A stretch of 64,000 bases of DNA, from NCBI RefSeq assembly GCF_009914755.1, contig NC_060941.1, one strand, 5' to 3'. Of the stretch, positions 55,827 through 64,000 are shown piece after piece. Made by a program: the position numbers and the translations under genes. The first letter of the stretch is position 1. Every line of letters starts with the position of its first letter. Source of the DNA: the human T2T-CHM13v2.0 reference genome, Homo sapiens. Under the pieces are notes generated by a model that was given only the letters and a program-made list of their open reading frames with translations, searched no databases and was not told the origin of the DNA.

Positions 55827-57898
55827 CTAGAAGAGAAAAATATGGTTGCATGACATTAAGAAAAAGCACAATTTAATAATGCATTCACTTTTTTTCCAGA
55901 GACACTGGAAAATAGGCAAAGATCACTTAAGAATTTATGATGTAAACAAAGTTAATCCTAATTTTTTTACCCTGCAAAATAAGATTTTATAACTTTTGCA
56001 AAAATTAGAACTGACTAAAGTTCCTCCCATTCTACAGTAAGACTTAATACAAAATAGTTAACTTTCAATTAGCACATCCAATTATAAGGCAAATATTTTC
56101 AAATTAAAATTACAGTTACTTATCCTTCTTAACAACTCTGGTGACATAAACATCTTACTCTTTGGAGAAGGGAGGTAGAAGAGAAGGAAACATTTTTACA
56201 GTTACCTCCCTACATCAGGTGCTAACCTCCCTTCTACGAGGAAAATGTATACCAACATATGTAGAGATAGGTGACTTCTGCTTTAAACAGAAGATTTTCT
56301 TCAGTCACAGAATGACACAATCCACTCTAAGAAGTAATGGAGGGCAATGTGTCAAAACAGGAAGATTTCTAATATATCTTAATCGCTTTTTAAATTGGAA
56401 GCATTGTGACCTTCAAAAACAATGACATGCAGGTTCAAGTATAAATATTTATACCCCACCTACTTCCAGAAAGGATTTCAAGCTGATTATTCAAATATAA
56501 ATACAAAGCCAAGGCAAGTAGAAGTAATTTTTTGGATTATCTGCCACTCAGGACTAACAGTGACACTGGCTCCACTCAAATAAGTATGGACAAGCAGGAG
56601 CTGGCTATATGAAAAAGTAGCCAAGAGATGAAAAGAATTATTAAAATGTACATTTGCTATTTCATACAAAGCAAATGACGGTGATGAAAGAATAGCTACT
56701 GAATGACTCATACAGATGCATGCAGCTGAGGAAATATTCCAAAAGGTGTCGTACAGGGAAGCATTACCATATACTCAGTTTGCTATAATTTTAAGTATAC
56801 GTTACTCAAAAGCAAATGACAATCAACAAATACAATCTTAAATGTTTCCTAGGAATTTAAATGAAGTCAGCCAGTCAGTAGTCCATCTAGGATAGTGTGC
56901 TGAGCACTAAATAGGCAATGTAGATGACATGAAATAAATCGGACAGAGCTGCTCTCCAGACTGTATCAGGAGAAACAGGACACAACACAAACATAACACT
57001 GAGGCTTTGTGGGAAAAAAAAAAAAAAGTCATTAAGTAGCCAACTAGATCTTATCTGCTCTTCTACTCTTTAAAAATGTTAAAACAGCTAAGCAGTTCCA
57101 AAGCAAGGTATATTATATGTGAGTTTTGACTAACTTACTTCTAAGGGTTCTCAAGATCATAGTAGCATCTCACAGAAAAATTGACAAATACATAACTTTT
57201 ATTATGAACCACTTACTTAACAAAAGTTAAAATTATTCAAATTCAATTGTTTTCATGCATACTACCATGCAAATTATATTTGCCACCAGTTCTGCAAAGT
57301 AGTCAATAATTGCACATACTCTCAGTTAAGAAATTTTTAAAAAGAAAAAAATAAATATATATATATAAAATAAATAGCAATGTGCTCATTAGTAACCATA
57401 CTAGTAAATAATTATGTTCTGCTTATACTTAATAAAACATATAAAGTAGAAATATCACATTTTTGTCACAAACTAAGAATAATGCACCTAAAATTCTCTT
57501 AAAGTATAATTTTTTTTTTAAAAAAAAGATATCTATCTAGCTTCCTCTCTTACTTCAATCAGATCAAGAAATTAGATTTTCTTTTCACTTATTTTCTTAT
57601 TCCAAAATCTGCATCCATAAAGGCCTGGTACTAGGATGAGCAAGGCTAAGCAAACTACATTCTGGAGCAGCCTCGTCACCCACAAGGTGACTGAGCGCTT
57701 CCAAGGCACCAGGACATTAAATGGCAGAAGGGTCTACAAATACCGTCATTAGCAAGAGTCATGGAAGGGATTTCCCTAGAATAGGATTTTGAATAATGAT
57801 AAAATGATCCGTGGCACTTCTACTTTGCAATGGCAGATGTGGCTTGGTGGGGGACGGTGTCATCACTAGTCTTAAATGAAAAAGCTTCATTATCTTAC

Positions 57899-57925
57899 TT
57901 CATCATGCGCCTTGCAGGTACTCCA
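57899..57925 (-). CDS. NCOR1: NCOR1 alternative 27-nt microexon inserting GVPARRMMK (HENIKT-GVPARRMMK-NQVMRK)
   Basis: Strong U-rich tract ending ttttcag, exon TGGAGTACCTGCAAGGCGCATGATGAA, donor gtaaga; phase 2-2 and stop-free; I recall this insert from vertebrate NCoR1 isoforms. Confidence 0.85.
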
Positions 57926-58254
57926 CTGAAAAAAAGACAAAACAGGAGGCAAAAAATTCAAGCCTCAAGGTAAGCCATTTCAATGTTAAGTATCCACCTT
58001 TTTTACTAGCAGATTATAAAACCAGCTAGTTTTATGCAATAATTTATTTCATTTTTTGGCCTCGGAAACTCAAAGCTGTTACCCCAACCCCCAAGAAGCC
58101 AGAGGAAGATAACATATAATAAAACGACAGCAAATTACACAAATCTAAAACATACCTACAATATATTATAATAATGTCAGCAGATAACAAAAATGATCTC
58201 TTTATAGAATATACGGTCTTTAATTGAAGAACTCCAAAGATGATCAATACTTAC

Positions 58255-58307
58255 GTCTTGATGTTCTCATGGTACACCTTGGTATCTGATGGCTGGTTAT
58301 ACAGTGG
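58255..58307 (-). CDS. NCOR1: NCOR1 coding exon, 53 nt, PLYNQPSDTKVYHENIK(T)
   Basis: tag acceptor, gtaagt donor; continues the frame; phase 0-2. Confidence 0.96.
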
Positions 58308-58450
58308 CTATAAAAGAAATCAAATATTTATGTATAAAATGTTGTACATATGTCTATGAAGAGACAAAGAAACATAATTTTAATGTAAGCACAGGTAAAG
58401 TACTAATGGATCTACACAATAACATGCCCTACCAAAACCTCCAAACTTTT

Positions 58451-59185
58451 ATTTTTTTATTTACTTATTTTTTTAAATTATACTTTAAGTTCTAGGGTAC
58501 ACGTGCACAACGTGCAGGTTTGTTACATATGTATACATGTGCTGTGTTGGTTTGCTGCACCAATTAACTCATCACTTACATTACGTATTTCTCCTAATGC
58601 TATCCCTCCCCCATGCCCCACCCCCTGACAGGCCCCGGTGTGTGATGTTCCCCGCCCTGTGTCCAAGTGTTCTCATTGTTCAATTCCCATCTATGAGTGG
58701 GAACATGCAGTGTTTGGTTTTCTGTCCTTGCGACAGTTTGCTCAGAATGATGGTTTCCAGCTTCATCCATGTCCCTACAAAGGACATGAACTCATCCTTT
58801 TTTATGGCTGCATAGTATTCCATGGTGTATATGTGCCACATTTTCTTAATCCAGTCTATCATTGATGGACATTTGGGTTGGTTCCCAGTCTTTGCTATTG
58901 TGAATAGTGCCGCAACAAACATACGTGTGCATGTGTCTTTACAGTAGCATGATTTATAATCATTTGGGTATATATCCAGTAATGGGATCGCTGGGTCAAA
59001 TGGTATTTCTAGTTCTAGATCCTTGAGGAATTGCCACACTGTCTTCCACAATGGTTGAACTAGTTTACACTCCCACCAACAGTGTAAAAGCATTCCTATT
59101 TCTCCACATCCTCTCCAGCACCTGTTGTTTCCTGACTTTTTAATGATTGCCATTCTAACTGGTATGAGATGGTATCTCATTGTGG
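58451..59185 (-). mobile_element. 5'-truncated L1PA (3' end of ORF2 plus 3' UTR), sense to NCOR1
   Basis: ORF 58680..59180 is the L1 ORF2 C-terminus with the CWRGCGE..HCWWEC knuckle; TSD CAAAACCTCC(A/T)AACTTTT at 58433-58450 and 59186-59203. Confidence 0.93.
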
Positions 59186-59647
59186 CAAAACCTCCTAACT
59201 TTTAGATTCCCTGAGTAACTGTTAATCCCATCTCCTGTCACTCCCATAATACAGTTTATAAATCCATTGTTTCCCATAAGTATATTTATGCACAGATTTT
59301 TAATTTCAAAGTATTAATACTCCCTAATACTAGGGAGTATTAACCATTGTCACTATTTTAACAGTAACATTCAAAGAGCTTTCTAATTCTGTTCTTAATT
59401 CTCATTCTGCCTGGAAGGATTAAATAGCTGCTCAAGCAAAAACAAGCTCAGGGTGATGTTTCTGCAAAGGTCTGCAAAGGTAACCAAGTTCACTCATCAT
59501 TACTTTAAACTTCATCTCAAGCTACATCTCTGCTCAGCTACATCTCTCTTATCCCAAAATAAATGGATCATATTCCATCTTATCCCAAGAAAAACTACCA
59601 CCAAAAATTAAAAAAAAAAATCACTGGAAATGAAAAAATTTACTTAC

Positions 59648-59704
59648 CAGTTCAACTTTTGGGCCAAGACCTTCAAAAATTTTATGAGCTTCTTCTGCTT
59701 TTTT
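59648..59704 (-). CDS. NCOR1: NCOR1 coding exon, 57 nt, KKAEEAHKIFEGLGPKVEL (~aa 245-263)
   Basis: tag acceptor and gtaagt donor on the minus strand; translation matches recalled NCOR1; phase 0-0. Confidence 0.96.
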
Positions 59705-60281
59705 CTAGAGATAAAGACATTGTTGTATCATATAATTAAAAATTACATTATCTAAGTGCAAAATAATTATTTAGAAATATTTATCTAAGACTAATCTATA
59801 GATGAACTTATCCTTATTTCCAAATATCCTTCTTCTATATGACAGGCTGAAATATGCTCCAGTTATTTTTTATTTTTTCTTAATTTGTAGTTACAATGAT
59901 AGAAAACTCTGAAATTGTATTGTCATAGCTTTCCTCACCAAATTCAGTCAAAACTTAACATTTGTATTGAAAGCAATGCCTGAATAATAGGTAAGTTTTA
60001 AAAAAGCAAACAATTATATTAAAAAACTGGAGAGAGGGAATGAAAATTCACTATTAGAAATAAATCCCCCAAACATTCTACATACTTTAACTCATATCAT
60101 CTTTAATAGAAACTTAAAGCAATAAAATACCATAAAATGGCCACTCTTTACTATGGTGAGCAACATTGATCTCTTTGAAGAAAAGCTGTTAATGAGCTAA
60201 TTTTCTAGTTACAAGGAATCCTTAGTAATAGCTGAACAACAAAGAAAACCGCTAATTTGAATTATTCAAAGTGCTCAGTAG

Positions 60282-62908
<2,627 letters not shown>

Positions 62909-64000
62909 TTAGAAACAATCTTCAGTGTAGGAAGGCAAGTTTAACACTGAAACAGGTTTCAGATTTGGTTTTCTTCATAAAATAAACAACAAACCAAATA
63001 TGGAAATGTTCAAACAGAAAGAAGAGGTGCAAAAGGAGTTTTCAAGTTTTGCTAATGTGCACCAAGAAACACTATACTAATTAATAAAAACATCTATATA
63101 TAAAAATTAAACACCAATTAAATTCTCTATTAGATCAGATCTTGTTCAATAGTATTCAGTCCTCAAATCCCAGTGAGGCAACCACAGAATTCACTAATAT
63201 TGTAAGACAAGGCTCATTAATAAATCCATTAATAATTATTACCAAATCCAATTTATTTGAAAAATAATTCATACTAAAAAAGAAACATTTTATAAAACTT
63301 AAAAAAAAAAACTATCAAATCTCCATTTGTATCACCACTAATTCCTATTTATTTTATCCCTGAGGTCACAGTCACAAACTGGCCATGGAGCCCATGAGCC
63401 CACAAAAGTGTTTTGCAGCTATGCAGAGGACTTTTTTTTTTTAAAAAAACAAATCAGAGATTTCACATAAAACCCCATTATTTTGGGCTTTTCTTAAACA
63501 AGGGAGCAACTGTATATCCTGGAACACAGCCCCCATCTTAGGCATGGTCACCTCCTTCCCTTCCTTTACTGGATTTATCTTCATGTAGACTGCTGTGGCC
63601 ATACAATAAATTGGACTAATATTGAACCCAGCCAAGAAAATAATATTAATTGCCCATATTTTTACCTGCCCATAACACTTACCATTACCGTAAGTATATT
63701 TCTGATGACTCTCAGTTATCTACTTGATACATGTATATCTAAATCCAAGATCATTCCTATAAATGTGTATTTATTTATTTATTTATTCAACTTTTAAATT
63801 CAGGAGTACATGTGCATAAATATTTATTAATTCACAATTGCTTTATTTAAGGTCAATTTCCTTTCGGCTGTGGACTACTATAAAGTTACAGACTGTATGT
63901 GTAAGATAGACTGACAGATGAATCCACTCACTACAAATCAAATCAATCAAAACAACAATCCCAAATTTTACCTGATGATCATGCCTTTAGCTAAAAACCC

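Noticed and set aside
57559-57867. Sense-strand C box GTGATGA just downstream of the microexon
   Set aside because: The nearest CTGA is ~300 nt away and there is no terminal stem

Overview
Primate, most likely human, genomic DNA from inside the NCOR1 (nuclear receptor corepressor 1) gene, which runs on the minus strand. I read 15 constitutive coding exons, all with GT-AG boundaries and compatible phases. They join into a 2088-nt open frame (696 aa, KKAEEAHKIF...RAAVIPPM). That is about aa 245-940 by recalled numbering and covers the end of RD1/coiled coil, the SANT1/deacetylase-activation domain (DAD), SANT2 and RD2. Three alternative splicing options are visible: a 27-nt in-frame microexon, a TAGCAG tandem acceptor and a 48-nt alternative acceptor. 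The remainder is intron, dense with transposons: two SVAs, a complete THE1 (MaLR) provirus nested in a Charlie hAT element, more than 30 Alus, L1/L2/MIR/MER fragments, two U6 retrocopies and a ~660-bp purine-pyrimidine microsatellite inside a MER44A. Almost all of the supplied ORFs are artefacts of repeats. I see no wholly new gene system. The best leads are (1) an SVA with an apparent 5' transduction, (2) a sense-strand THE1 with DUX4 motifs and splice donors that could drive a DAD-less NCOR1, (3) the microexon and a candidate poison exon beside it, (4) a phase-symmetric three-exon DAD cassette flanked by inverted Alus, and (5) an A-to-G hypermutated patch in the older SVA. Family and subfamily names, residue numbers and species come from recalled consensus or protein sequences, not from searches. 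Repeat boundaries are approximate unless a target-site duplication (TSD) is given.
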